Assembly: GCA_022703505.1 (NCBI GenBank)
Contig: JAKLDN010000008.1
Span: forward strand, 158,422-222,421
Direction: 5' to 3'
From: Spirochaetota bacterium
GTDB lineage: Bacteria; Spirochaetota; Spirochaetia; Treponematales; UBA12059
DNA: 64,000 nt
The notes below the pieces were generated by a model. The model had not been told where the DNA came from, made no database searches, and worked only from the letters and a program-made list of their open reading frames with translations. Positions 31,227-41,031 of the stretch are shown here, piece after piece. The position numbers and the translations under genes are program-made. The first letter of the stretch is position 1; each line of letters begins with the position of its first letter.

Positions 31227-32774
31227 GTGAAGCGGCGTCCGCGGGACTCCGAGGAGCTCGAGGAACTCGAGGCTGTCGAGGAAGACGAGTCAGTCGAAGA
31301 GCTCGAGTCGGTCGAGGACGCGGAGCCGGTCCCCCAGGACTCGGAGGCGGTACCGCTGTACTCCGAACTTCCGGACTTCGCGTCCCCCGAGGCTTCCCTG
31401 GGCCCTCCGGGCGTGCCGGCCGACGAATCGATCCGGCGGGGATTCGAGGCGGAGATGCGGATCCTCCAGGCGGAACTGGAGAGGATCCGGCAGGCCAAGA
31501 GCGACGCGGCACGGCATGAAACACCGACCAGCGGCAGGAAGCACACAAAGGAGAAACCCATGGAAGAACTCAGGGACCCGGGCTCGAGCCCACAGACCTA
31601 CGGCACCAAAGAATACATCAAGCGGCGCCGCAAGCTTTCGGGCCTTTTCTTCGAGACCGCCCTGCCCAACGAGTACCTGGTGGAGGTGGGGCGCAAGGAC
31701 GTCCGACCCCGCCTGGGGGGCCGGCGATTCCGGCTCTTCCGTAAGTTCCTGCGCATCCCCGCCTCGGTCCAGACCCTGGTCTTCACCACGGACAACGCCA
31801 ACGTGGACTACCAGGGGATCGGTGTGGACGGCTACGCCTCCTGGCGGGTGGACCCGGAGCATCCCGAGGTCGCGGTCCGCACCCTGGACTTCTTCGACGA
31901 GGACGACCCCATGGCTCGCACCAACGCCGAGCTCCGGACGATCTGCGTGGAGGCGGTCCGCCACGTGATCTCCAACATGAGCATCGACGACGCCCTCAAG
32001 AAGAAGGACGAGATCGCGGAGAACCTCTCCCGCCAGCTCAAGGGGATCGAGCGGAAGTGGGGCATCCTCTTCGACCAGGTGGGGATCGAGAAGGTCCGCA
32101 TCATGTCGGACCGCCTGTTCGAGCAGCTCCAGGCCCAGTTCCGGGACGGGCTCCGGTTGGAGGTGGAGCGCAAGCGGATCGCCACGGACCGCCAGATCGC
32201 GGCGGAGCAGAACGCCATGCGGGAGGGCACGGGGCTGGAGACCATCCTGACCAACCAGAAACTCGAACTCTCCGAGGTGGAGCAGAAGGCCCGGGTCCAG
32301 GAGGCCCAGGCGGCGGAGGCCCACCGCCTGGCCCTCCAGAAGATCGAGATAGACCGCGCGACCTTCCGGGAAGAGCAGTCCTTCCGCACCGAGAAGGAGA
32401 AGGAGGGCCATGCCCTGGCACTCCTGGAACGGACACTGAAGACGGAACTGGCCGCCGCGGAACTCCGGCTCCTCAAGGAAGAGTCCTCGGTGGAGGACCT
32501 GCGGGCGAAGATCGGGGAGCGCCAGCTGGAGCTCCAGCGCCTCCAGCGGGAGGTTTCCCAGGTCTTCTCCGACCAGGCCCTGGCCAGCGAATTCATCCAG
32601 CGCCTGCCCTCCCTGTTCGCGGCCCTCCAGATCGACAACTACACCGTCCTGGATTCGGGCTCGGGCCAGGTCACGCCGGTCACCCGGGTGCTGACGGAGG
32701 TGGCCGCGGCCCTGAAGGGCCTGGACCTCAAGGGACTCCTGGGCGGGGGAAAGGACGCGGCCCCCGGGGCCTGA
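31227..32774 (+). CDS. SPFH/band-7 (flotillin-like) protein with acidic N-terminal repeats and long coiled coil
   Basis: GTG start after GGGAGG. EELEELEAVEEDESVEELESVED N-terminus. SPFH core. Extended EA-rich coiled coil. Confidence 0.65.
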   Translation: MKRRPRDSEELEELEAVEEDESVEELESVEDAEPVPQDSEAVPLYSELPDFASPEASLGPPGVPADESIRRGFEAEMRILQAELERIRQAKSDAARHETPTSGRKHTKEKPMEELRDPGSSPQTYGTKEYIKRRRKLSGLFFETALPNEYLVEVGRKDVRPRLGGRRFRLFRKFLRIPASVQTLVFTTDNANVDYQGIGVDGYASWRVDPEHPEVAVRTLDFFDEDDPMARTNAELRTICVEAVRHVISNMSIDDALKKKDEIAENLSRQLKGIERKWGILFDQVGIEKVRIMSDRLFEQLQAQFRDGLRLEVERKRIATDRQIAAEQNAMREGTGLETILTNQKLELSEVEQKARVQEAQAAEAHRLALQKIEIDRATFREEQSFRTEKEKEGHALALLERTLKTELAAAELRLLKEESSVEDLRAKIGERQLELQRLQREVSQVFSDQALASEFIQRLPSLFAALQIDNYTVLDSGSGQVTPVTRVLTEVAAALKGLDLKGLLGGGKDAAPGA

Positions 32775-32839
32775 CCGGGGAGGGAGCGGCGGGCCGGGTT
32801 CGGAAGGAACCGAGGGGCGGGGCCCGGGCGCCGGGCCCC

Positions 32840-33286
32840 TCAAAGGGCGAGTTCGAAGACCTCCTCCCCGTCGTCCAGGATACCCGTGTCCCGGAAGCCC
32901 GCCTTGAGGTAGACCTTGATGGCGTGGGCGTTCTCCGGGTGGGTGGACAGCCGCACGCGGGCGGCCGCGGGGTAGTCCCGGCGGATCTCCGCCACCAGGA
33001 GCCGGACCGCGGCGCTCCCGATCCCCCGGCCGTGCAGGTCCGGCAGGACGTACATCCGAACGATCCAGGGGATGCCCCGGTCCGCCGGATCGTCCGCGTC
33101 GTCGTCGACGCCGCTCATGCAGAATCCCGCGAGCTTGCCGTCCGCGTAGATCGCCCGGGGCCGAAGGGACGGGTAGAGCCAGGCCTGAGCCAAGCTCCGG
33201 ATATTCGCGGCCACGTGGTCCTGCTTGGGCATGGCCACGATCTCCTCGAAATTGTCCTTGTCCACGGGGCGCAGTTCCACGTTCAT
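32840..33286 (-). CDS. GNAT-family N-acetyltransferase
   Basis: LHGRGIGSA acetyl-CoA-binding motif. Last gene of the overlapping six-gene operon. Confidence 0.8.
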   Translation of the reverse strand: MNVELRPVDKDNFEEIVAMPKQDHVAANIRSLAQAWLYPSLRPRAIYADGKLAGFCMSGVDDDADDPADRGIPWIVRMYVLPDLHGRGIGSAAVRLLVAEIRRDYPAAARVRLSTHPENAHAIKVYLKAGFRDTGILDDGEEVFELAL

Positions 33287-34194
33287 GGTGCCTCCTTGTT
33301 CGATTCCGGCAACGGCTCCGCAGCCCGGGCCCAGGCCGCGGGCACGCCGCCGGGGGCCGAGAGGGCCACGATGCCCCCGACGATGGCGCAGGTGGTGTCC
33401 CGGTCGATGCCGCAGGCGGCGTCCCGGAGGGCCGCGGCGTAGTCGGAGGGCCGACGGGCGGCGACCCAGAGGCAGAAGGGGACGGTGTCGAAGGCCGCCA
33501 CGGCCATGCCGGAGCCGAGGCTCCAGGCGGCCCTCTCGGCCGGCACGTCCCCCAGGACCCGGGCCTTCCCGATCCCCTCCCGCACCCGGCCGGACCCGAG
33601 CACGTCGAGCACGGCGGTAAAGAATGCGTCCCGGTCGAAGGACCCCGTCCCCTCCCGGCCGGACGCGGCCGCTAAGGCGGCGGCCGCGGCTACGGCGGCC
33701 GCCCCGTCGATGCCTTCGGGATGGGCATGGGTAGGCTCCGCGCTTGTCGCGCCCTCCGAGGCGGCCCGGGCGGGGTCCCCCGCGTACCAGGCCCCGATCG
33801 GCGCGGCCCGCATGGCTCCCCCGTTGCCCCAGGAACCGGTTCCCCCGAAGGCCGCCCGGGAAACCGCGCGCCAGTCCTTTCCCCGGGCTATCTCGGACAG
33901 GATCGCGTGGGCCCCTCCCCAGTAGCCCCGGGCGGGGTCCTCGGCGTAGCGGAGGGCGAAACGCCGGGCCAGGTCGTCCGGGTCGATCCGTCCCCGGGCC
34001 TCCAGGGTCTCCACGACGGAGACCGCCATGGCCGTGTCGTCGGTCCAGCGCAGGGACCCCGGCGGAACCTGTCCGGCCTCGATCCGGGCCGCGACCTCCA
34101 CGGGGTCCCGGGAGAAACAGGCTTCCCCGTACGCATCCCCCGCGGAGAGCCCCAGCAGGGACAGGCGGGCGAGGATTCGGCGGCCGTCGTTCAC
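33283..34194 (-). CDS. ADP-ribosylglycohydrolase-family protein (second copy in window)
   Basis: DDTAMAVSV, GNGGAMRAAPIG, GIDRDTTCAIVGGIVA ARH-family blocks. Confidence 0.8.
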   Translation of the reverse strand: MNDGRRILARLSLLGLSAGDAYGEACFSRDPVEVAARIEAGQVPPGSLRWTDDTAMAVSVVETLEARGRIDPDDLARRFALRYAEDPARGYWGGAHAILSEIARGKDWRAVSRAAFGGTGSWGNGGAMRAAPIGAWYAGDPARAASEGATSAEPTHAHPEGIDGAAAVAAAAALAAASGREGTGSFDRDAFFTAVLDVLGSGRVREGIGKARVLGDVPAERAAWSLGSGMAVAAFDTVPFCLWVAARRPSDYAAALRDAACGIDRDTTCAIVGGIVALSAPGGVPAAWARAAEPLPESNKEAP

Positions 34195-34790
34195 GATTCC
34201 TCCTCCACGGGCTCCGCGTCCTGGACCACCGGCAGTTCCTCCATCAGGGACGCCAGCTCCCGGGCGAAGTCCGCGATCCTCGAGTCCTGCATCACTTTGG
34301 CCTCGGCCTCCAGGCGGGAGCCCAGGATCCGGTCGAAGCAGCGCACGAAGCGGAGGTTGGGCAGGGCCTGGGGCCGGACCTCCCGAAGCCTCCGGACCGC
34401 CTCGGCCTCGCTGCCGGTCTCCAGGTAGAGGAGCGCCAGGGCCGCCGCGGTGGACCGGGACACCCCCGCCCAGCAGTGCACCACGTAGCCGGACGCCTCC
34501 CGGCGGGTGCGGCGCCAGAAGGCCACGACCCTGCGGGCGTCCCGGACCTCGGGGATCCGGGCCAGGAAGGGATGCCGGAGATGGGACCGCTCGGTGGCGT
34601 CCTGGAAGGACAGGCGCAGGATGCTGCGGAAGCGCGGTCGGAACTCGGGGCGCACCCGGGTGCCCGGCTCCCGCTCCGCCCAGGGGACGCGGGGATTCCC
34701 GATGGACACCAGGTGGTCCGGCAGGGGGACGCCGACCCTCACCAGGTCCGCCAGCTCCTCCTCCCCGAAGACGAGAATCGGCAAGGTCAT
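34191..34790 (-). CDS. Dual-specificity (Cys-based) protein phosphatase
   Basis: VVHCWAGVSRST CX5R P-loop. Internal Met start with a 4-nt overlap to the upstream gene. The longer ORF prefix is Pro/Gly junk. Confidence 0.7.
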   Translation of the reverse strand: MTLPILVFGEEELADLVRVGVPLPDHLVSIGNPRVPWAEREPGTRVRPEFRPRFRSILRLSFQDATERSHLRHPFLARIPEVRDARRVVAFWRRTRREASGYVVHCWAGVSRSTAAALALLYLETGSEAEAVRRLREVRPQALPNLRFVRCFDRILGSRLEAEAKVMQDSRIADFARELASLMEELPVVQDAEPVEEES

Positions 34791-35556
34791 GCCCACCTCG
34801 GGTTCGGAACCGGGACGGCTGCGGGGATCCGCCGGACCTTTCGGGTTTCGACCTCGATGTCCCAGAAGACCCGGGCGTGGGGATACGCCCCGTTCACGAA
34901 GCGCCCCCGCCGGCCGGGCCGGTTGTGGATGTGGCCGAAGAGATGTAGCCGGGGCTCCCGGTCCCGGACCAGGTCCCGGAGGGCGGGGATGCCGTGGATC
35001 AGCTCCGCCCGGCCGTCCAGGATCCCCGCGGGCGGGGAATGGGTGACCAGGATCGATTTCCGGTCCACCCGGGGCGCCAGGGCCCGGACCTCCCGGTCCA
35101 GGTCCGCCTCGCTCCGGTGGTCGACGGTCCACCGGTACCCGACGAAGTTCCAGGTCCCGAACTCGATCCTCCGTCCGTGCAGGTTCACGATCCCTCCTCC
35201 ATCCGCCCAGGGGGTGTCGTCGTGGTTCCCGGGCACCAGGAAGACGGGCTTTCCGGCCCCGCCCAGGACCTCCCGGAACCGGCCTTCCAGGATGGACAGC
35301 CCCCTCAGGTTAATCTCGTTGAAGCGCCGGCCTACGGTTTGCCAGGGCGACGGGTCCTCGGGATCCGCCAGGTCCTCCAGAAGGTCGTCCGGGTCCGCCC
35401 CCAGTTCCCGGACCAGGAACTCGTCGGGCAGGCGGATGTCGTCCAGGAGGTCCCCCGCCAGGACCCCCGCGTCCCAGGGACCCTCCGCCAATGTCCGGGC
35501 GAAGAGACGGTACGCCGGCATGAGGGCGTGGAGATCCGAGGAGAAGAGGAGCCTCA
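34787..35556 (-). CDS. Calcineurin-like metallophosphoesterase
   Basis: SDLH, GDLLD, GNHD, HSPP, GHIH metallophosphoesterase motifs. GGAGGGGG RBS. Confidence 0.75.
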
Positions 35557-36723
35557 TTCCGCCCCCTCCAGTTCCTCGAGGCCCTCGTCCAGGACCGCGC
35601 GGAAATGGGCGGCCAGGGCGGCCTTCCGGCGCTCCAGGAGTTCCTCGTCCGAGGCCGAGGGGAGGAAGGGCGCGGGCGCCCCGGACCGGGGCGGGGCGAG
35701 CATGAGGTCCTCGACCAGCCGGGAGAGGTCCGCGGGGTCGAACCGGGCCTCCAGGTACCGGTGGTTTCCGGAGGGATCCGCCGTCCAGCGCCCGGAGCCT
35801 TCCCTGTCCACCTCGAGCCGGCCCGGCGCGGAGAGCCGGAAATACCGGGTCCCCGTCACGGCGGCCAGGACAGCGGCCTGGTCGTAGCAGGCCCAGTCCA
35901 GGCCCACCGTGTGGAGGCGGTAGGCGGTGCGCACGGGGTTCCCCCGGGGCGCCTCGCGGCAGAACCGGGCGCCCGCCTGGAGGGAGCCCCCGAGTTCGCC
36001 GTCGCAGATCACGACGGGGGTCGGCCATCCGGCTAGGACGCGCCGGGCGGCCCCGGGATCCTGCCGGAGATTGTACTCGATCCCCTCGGGGATCCGGCCG
36101 CACATGAGGACGAGCTTCCGCACCGAACGGCGGACCAGGTCCGGCCCGGACAGGGGGCTGGTTCCGTCGGGGCCCGAGTCGAGGAGGGCCGCCAGGTTGA
36201 GCATCGGGCCGATGCCCACGAGTACCGCGTCCGCCCGATCGCGGCCCGCCAGGAGCCGCCGGATAAGGCCGACCGCCTCCGGGTCCGCTTCGTGCGCTGT
36301 TCCGGCCTGCGCGGGCGCGGCGGCCGCCTCAGGATTGTTACCGGGCACGGCTTCAGCCTGCGCGGACACGGCGGCCGGTTCCGGACCGCCCGGGGCCGCG
36401 ACGCCCTCCCCGGGTCCGTAGGCCTCCGCCAGGAAGCGGATGTACGAGAGGTCCGCGTGCTCGTCCAGGAAGCCCGGCCGGCCGAAGGCGCCGACGGGTA
36501 TGTCCGGTCGGCCGTACCAGCGGTTGACCGCCCGGATTGCGGGGACGCCCCAGCGTGCGGAGGTGCAGTAGGTCATCCCAAGGATCTCCGCCAGGCCTCG
36601 ATCCGCAAGGGCGTGGAGCACCGCCAGGGCCCCCGCGTCGTCCACGTCCTCGTTCAAGTCCGTGTCCAGGATCAGGGGTAGCGGCCGTCGCCGTCTTCGC
36701 GGGAGGGGAGGAAGCTCAGCCAA
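35554..36723 (-). CDS. Inosine-uridine-preferring nucleoside hydrolase-family protein
   Basis: LILDTDLNEDVDDAGAL (DxDxxxDD) N-terminal motif. Confidence 0.8.
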   Translation of the reverse strand: MAELPPLPRRRRRPLPLILDTDLNEDVDDAGALAVLHALADRGLAEILGMTYCTSARWGVPAIRAVNRWYGRPDIPVGAFGRPGFLDEHADLSYIRFLAEAYGPGEGVAAPGGPEPAAVSAQAEAVPGNNPEAAAAPAQAGTAHEADPEAVGLIRRLLAGRDRADAVLVGIGPMLNLAALLDSGPDGTSPLSGPDLVRRSVRKLVLMCGRIPEGIEYNLRQDPGAARRVLAGWPTPVVICDGELGGSLQAGARFCREAPRGNPVRTAYRLHTVGLDWACYDQAAVLAAVTGTRYFRLSAPGRLEVDREGSGRWTADPSGNHRYLEARFDPADLSRLVEDLMLAPPRSGAPAPFLPSASDEELLERRKAALAAHFRAVLDEGLEELEGAE

Positions 36724-37735
36724 GGAACACCTCCCCTTCGTCGGTCACCTTCAGGAGCGTCTTGCAGGACTTGCAGCGCCCCCGCATGGGCCGGGCCGAC
36801 CGGGTTCGGGCCCCGCAGATGGGGCACTTGAAGATCTTCGGGAACTCAGGCTCCTCCAGTCCGTCCGAACTCCTTTTCAGGAGCGCCATGGCTTCCGCCT
36901 CGGTATCGACGATCTCGAAGTACTGGTGGAATAATCCCAGAAGCAGAAATACTTCATCGATCTTCGGGGGGATTCCGAAGAGGACCAGGCGGCCGTCCCG
37001 GAGCTTGACCGTCTTCAGGATACCGGTCAGGTGCCCGATTCCCGACCCTGGCCATTGAAGCCCGGAGAAGTCCAGGGCCAGACGGATGAACTCGGCCTCC
37101 ACGCGCCGCAGGACCAGGCCGTAAAACCAAGTCCCGGCCTGCCGGTCCAGGTAGCCCGAGTACCGAATGACCAGGCCGCCGGGGAGGTCGGACAGAGGTT
37201 CGAAGACGGCCTTGTTACCGTTGCCGTCCTCCTCTTCCCGGGGAAGGTCCGGCGCCGGAGCGCCGGGCGAGCGGTCCGCGGCCGCGGCCGCTAGGATCGC
37301 GGCGGCTTCCGTAGGATCCCGGGCTGGAGGGAAAAGCGTCTCGAGCCTGGAAATCCGGAGGCTTTCCCGGATGCAGGGCGAAGGCAGGACGACCACAGTT
37401 CCGCCCCGGGGATGGACCGCCTTCAGAGCAGCCGTAAACAGATGGATCGCGTGATCGCCGCAGGACTCGACCCTCCAGGTATCGAACACGACACCGTGCG
37501 TGTCCAGATCCTTCATATACCGCAGAAGCAGGTCAACGGCCCAACCATCATTCCCTCGATCAAACTTGCCGTCGACCTCCACGAGCAGGGTGCCCTCCGG
37601 CGTACCGGGCACTCGGTCCTTCAAGGGTTGGGCTGTCAGGCCGAGCTTGCCGGTTGGGTCCGTCCGTCGTTCCGGGGATGGAGTCATGAAGGGGCTCCAG
37701 GATTTTCCATCGTTTTCCTTGGGTTCCATATTCAC
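36716..37735 (-). CDS. STAS-domain (anti-sigma-antagonist-like) protein with C-terminal zinc ribbon
   Basis: Two STAS-like segments, then CPICG...CKSC. Start could be 37735 or the later Met at 37687. Confidence 0.55.
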   Translation of the reverse strand: MNMEPKENDGKSWSPFMTPSPERRTDPTGKLGLTAQPLKDRVPGTPEGTLLVEVDGKFDRGNDGWAVDLLLRYMKDLDTHGVVFDTWRVESCGDHAIHLFTAALKAVHPRGGTVVVLPSPCIRESLRISRLETLFPPARDPTEAAAILAAAAADRSPGAPAPDLPREEEDGNGNKAVFEPLSDLPGGLVIRYSGYLDRQAGTWFYGLVLRRVEAEFIRLALDFSGLQWPGSGIGHLTGILKTVKLRDGRLVLFGIPPKIDEVFLLLGLFHQYFEIVDTEAEAMALLKRSSDGLEEPEFPKIFKCPICGARTRSARPMRGRCKSCKTLLKVTDEGEVFLG

Positions 37736-37785
37736 AGGGTGCTGACAAAGGCGATGGCGCCTTTGTCAGCACCCTGCCAGGAAGA

Positions 37786-37827
37786 GTATAGCACGGGGCG
37801 GAGGCGTTCCCGGATCCCCGCTTCGGC
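37786..37827. repeat. Perfect 19-bp stem / 4-nt loop hairpin (CAGGGTGCTGACAAAGGCG-ATGG-CGCCTTTGTCAGCACCCTG)
   Basis: Directly visible inverted repeat in the divergent intergenic region. Immediately 5' of the STAS-gene ATG on the minus strand. Confidence 0.7.
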
Positions 37828-37958
37828 CTACCCCGCCCTCGGAAGCTCGATGGTCGCCGTGGTCCCCTCGCCAGCTGGCAGGACGCCGGTTCATTAAAGG
37901 TTTTTGGGTTTTTCATTTTGGTAGTTGTCATATTGGACAATTACGCTATTATGGATGC

Positions 37959-38996
37959 ATGCCGATCACACCGGAATCCGCCCAGATTCCCGCCGTGGAA
38001 GTCCGTTTCTCCTACACCGCCGAACTCGTCCTGGCGTCCATGCTCGTAACGGGACGCCCCGCCTCAATCACAGGCTTCGACGAGGCCTGGCAGAAAGCCC
38101 AGACGGCCGCCCTTCCGCCGGCCGCCCTCCGGTTCCTGGAGAAAACCCGGGGCTTCTCCTGCCCCACCCTCTCGTTCATCGACTTCGTGGCCCGGACCCG
38201 GGAGTTCGACGATCCCGAGCGGCTCTTCGCCGAGGTTCGCAGACTCCCCGTCCGGCGCTTCCTGTCGATCCTCCTGAACGAGGATCTTTCGGACCCGGAC
38301 CTGGACGAGTGCCTGGCGGAGCCCCGAAAGGCAGCCTACCATGTATCCAAGCTCTCCTTCTTCTCCCGGATGCCGGAAAGCGACCTCGTGTCCATCTTCA
38401 CGGATCCCCAGGCCTTCCGGGAGGACCTGATCGGCTTCGTGGCGGCCAACCGCACCGAGGGCTTCGAGGCGCGCATCCGGGACCTGGCGCCGGTCTACGC
38501 GGGTCGCATCGCGGCCATGCAGACGCGCCTGGCCGCGGAATCCCCGCTCCAGGTGATCCAGGACATCAAGAAACACCCCCCCTACCGCAGCGAATCCCTC
38601 CGGTACGTGTTCCTCCCCTCCCATTTCGAGGGATACATGAACATCTCCTGCCACGACGAGGAACAGTACATGCTCCTCTTCACCATAGTCCCCCCGCCCC
38701 CCGGCGACGCCGCCGGAATCCGGATAGCGGAAAAGCTCCGCGCCCTCTCGGACAGAAGCCGGATGGAAGTGCTTCGCCTCCTGTCCACGGCGCCCAGCTA
38801 CGGCAAGGAGATCTCCTCCCGGCTCGGACTGACCACCGCCACGGTATCCCGGCACCTGGACCAGCTCAAGAAGGCGGGGCTCGTGATCGAGGAGCCCGCG
38901 GACGCCCAGAACGTCAAGATTGTCCGGCTGGACCGCGCCGGGGTCGAGCAGCTCCTGGACGAGACCCGCCGCTTCCTCTTCGGCGAATCCTCCTGA
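37959..38996 (+). CDS. ArsR/SmtB-family wHTH regulator with large uncharacterized N-terminal domain
   Basis: C-terminal RMEVLRLLSTAPSYGKEISSRLGLTTATVSRHLDQLKKAGLV. TTGTCATATTGGACAA palindrome upstream. Confidence 0.65.
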   Translation: MPITPESAQIPAVEVRFSYTAELVLASMLVTGRPASITGFDEAWQKAQTAALPPAALRFLEKTRGFSCPTLSFIDFVARTREFDDPERLFAEVRRLPVRRFLSILLNEDLSDPDLDECLAEPRKAAYHVSKLSFFSRMPESDLVSIFTDPQAFREDLIGFVAANRTEGFEARIRDLAPVYAGRIAAMQTRLAAESPLQVIQDIKKHPPYRSESLRYVFLPSHFEGYMNISCHDEEQYMLLFTIVPPPPGDAAGIRIAEKLRALSDRSRMEVLRLLSTAPSYGKEISSRLGLTTATVSRHLDQLKKAGLVIEEPADAQNVKIVRLDRAGVEQLLDETRRFLFGESS

Positions 38997-39058
38997 CCCG
39001 ACCCTCCCAGCCCGCGCACGAAATCCCGCGGATCTGAACGAATTTTCGATTTCCCCCC

Positions 39059-39087
39059 TTGACAACGTGTTTCTGTTTTTGTATTGT
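39059..39087 (+). promoter_or_regulatory. Sigma-70-like promoter (TTGACA-17-TATTGT) in an AT-rich patch
   Basis: TTGACA at 39059-39064. The spacer ends in a TG dinucleotide before the TATTGT -10 (extended -10-like). GTAATTACGTAAT palindromic element follows. Confidence 0.45.
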
Positions 39088-39127
39088 AATTACGTAATCA
39101 GGTAACTACACACTTTAGGAGGTATGT

Positions 39128-39325
39128 ATGGACCTTTTGAACACGATGGATTCGGCCGCGTTCCGGAACCACCTTGCAGCACCCGTCCCTGCCCTCTACC
39201 GGGACATGGACGACACCGCCCGGGCTTCGAGCCTGAACGTCACCCGCAAGGAGGCGAACGAGCGGGTTTCCCTGGGCTTCCCCCGGGAAACGTGGGTGCA
39301 GTCCTGGGCCGTGGCGCCGTTCTGA
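39128..39325 (+). CDS. Small 65-aa ORF with near-ideal SD (TAGGAGGT)
   Basis: Strong RBS 5 nt before the ATG. No recognisable homology. Followed by a 330-nt structured non-coding leader before the SBP gene. Confidence 0.4.
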   Translation: MDLLNTMDSAAFRNHLAAPVPALYRDMDDTARASSLNVTRKEANERVSLGFPRETWVQSWAVAPF

Positions 39326-39654
39326 GCGGGACCTGAATCGTGAGCCCTCACTCAAACGGAGCATTCCTCGCGGAAACGGCGGTCGCCGGAAGGGGCCGCC
39401 GTTTCGCCTTGCTCGAGTCCTGACCCCCCCTCCACCGAATCCCCCACGCCCCCCTGCCATCTCGAACCTTGACAGCTCCTTCCCCGTGCCTTACTTTCAG
39501 GATGAAAGTAATCTTCGCGTTCCGCCGTTGTTCTCTTGAATGTACGAGAGGCCGGAACCCGAGAGGATTTCCACCGGGCCCCGAAGAACCTTGAAAGGAC
39601 CCGAGACGACGACGCCGGGCACGCCGGAAGCGGCGCGGCCCGCAGGAGGAAGGC

Positions 39655-40911
39655 ATGATTTCCAGAAAGTCTTTCCGTGTCACAGCCCTTGCGCTCATGA
39701 TCCTTATGGTCCTTCCCCTGGCGGTTTCCGCCCAGGGCAAGGAGATCGTCCTCAAATGGCCTTCCATTTGGGTGGGCAAGGATTCCAAGGCCCCCGCGAT
39801 CGCCCAGATCGTGGAGAGCTTCAACAAGGCCAACGCGGGCAAGATCCGGGTGGAGGTCGAGCCCCAGCCGGACTACAACGCCTACGAGCAGAAGGTCCGG
39901 ACCTCCCTGGCGGCCAAGCAGGTGCCGGGTGACATCTTCACCTTCAACCTGAACGCCACGACCCGGGAGTTCTACGACTCCCCCCTGCTCATGGACTTCT
40001 CCAAGCACCTGACCGGGGAATGGAAGGCCTCCTTCGACGCGGGCGCCGTGGCCCAGTCCACGGTGAACAAGAAGCTCAAGTCCCTGCCCTACGAGACCGC
40101 CATCCTGCCCATCTGGTACAACACGGACCTCCTCAAGAAGGCCGGCGTCACCAGCATCCCCGGAACCCTTCCCGAGTTCTGGGCCGCCATGGACAAGCTC
40201 AAAGCCTCCGGGGTCACCCCCATGAGCCAGATGAGCGGCGACATCAACGCCTGGACCTCCATGCTCTGGTTCTCCCACCTGGTCGTGTCCCAGGGGGGTC
40301 CCAACGTCTGGGACAAGCCCTTCACGGACAAGGTCTTCGTGGAGTCCGCCAAGATCCTCAAGCGGATGTTCGTCGAGTACTCGACCCCGGACGCCGTGGG
40401 CGCCGGCGCGGGCGTCTCGGGCGGCCATTTCCTGGCCGGCCGCACCGCGGTCTTCTCCAACGGACCCTGGTACGCGGGCCGGGCGGACCTACGGGCCACC
40501 CCCTTCTTCAACAGCATCGTCGTGGCTCCCGCCCCCGTGATCGGACCCAACCGCAACATGATGATCAGCATCCTCCAGTCCAACATCGCCGCCGGGGAGA
40601 CCAAGGACGCCGCCCGCCGGGAGGCCATCCTCGCCTTCCTCAAGCACCTGACCAGCCGGGAGAGCATCGCCCTCCTGCAGTCCACCTCCGGGGCCATGTT
40701 CGCCATCGACTCGGGCTTCATCCCCCTGGATCCCTTCCAGAAGCAGTTCTACGACCTGGCCGCCAAGTCGAAGATCACGTCCCACCACCTCCAGGCCGCC
40801 TACGGCGCCGAGGCCACCCTCGAGTTCGCCCAGCAGCTGGGGGCCCTGGTCCTGGACAAGATCACCCCCGAGCAGTTCTGCGCCCTGGTGGAGAAGAAGA
40901 TCGACCGCTGA
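39655..40911 (+). CDS. ABC transporter substrate-binding protein (family 1, sugar-type)
   Basis: Signal peptide MISRKSFRVTALALMILMVLPLAVSA. Family 1 SBP composition. Confidence 0.85.
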   Translation: MISRKSFRVTALALMILMVLPLAVSAQGKEIVLKWPSIWVGKDSKAPAIAQIVESFNKANAGKIRVEVEPQPDYNAYEQKVRTSLAAKQVPGDIFTFNLNATTREFYDSPLLMDFSKHLTGEWKASFDAGAVAQSTVNKKLKSLPYETAILPIWYNTDLLKKAGVTSIPGTLPEFWAAMDKLKASGVTPMSQMSGDINAWTSMLWFSHLVVSQGGPNVWDKPFTDKVFVESAKILKRMFVEYSTPDAVGAGAGVSGGHFLAGRTAVFSNGPWYAGRADLRATPFFNSIVVAPAPVIGPNRNMMISILQSNIAAGETKDAARREAILAFLKHLTSRESIALLQSTSGAMFAIDSGFIPLDPFQKQFYDLAAKSKITSHHLQAAYGAEATLEFAQQLGALVLDKITPEQFCALVEKKIDR

Positions 40912-41031
40912 TCCCGGAATCCCGACCCGCGGCTCCGGCCGCGGTCTCGGGAACATCGATTCATCCGCATTGAACCCCGAGCGCCCCGGCCGGAACGGAG
41001 GGGCGCTCGGAGTCTTCCGAGGCCAAGCTCC

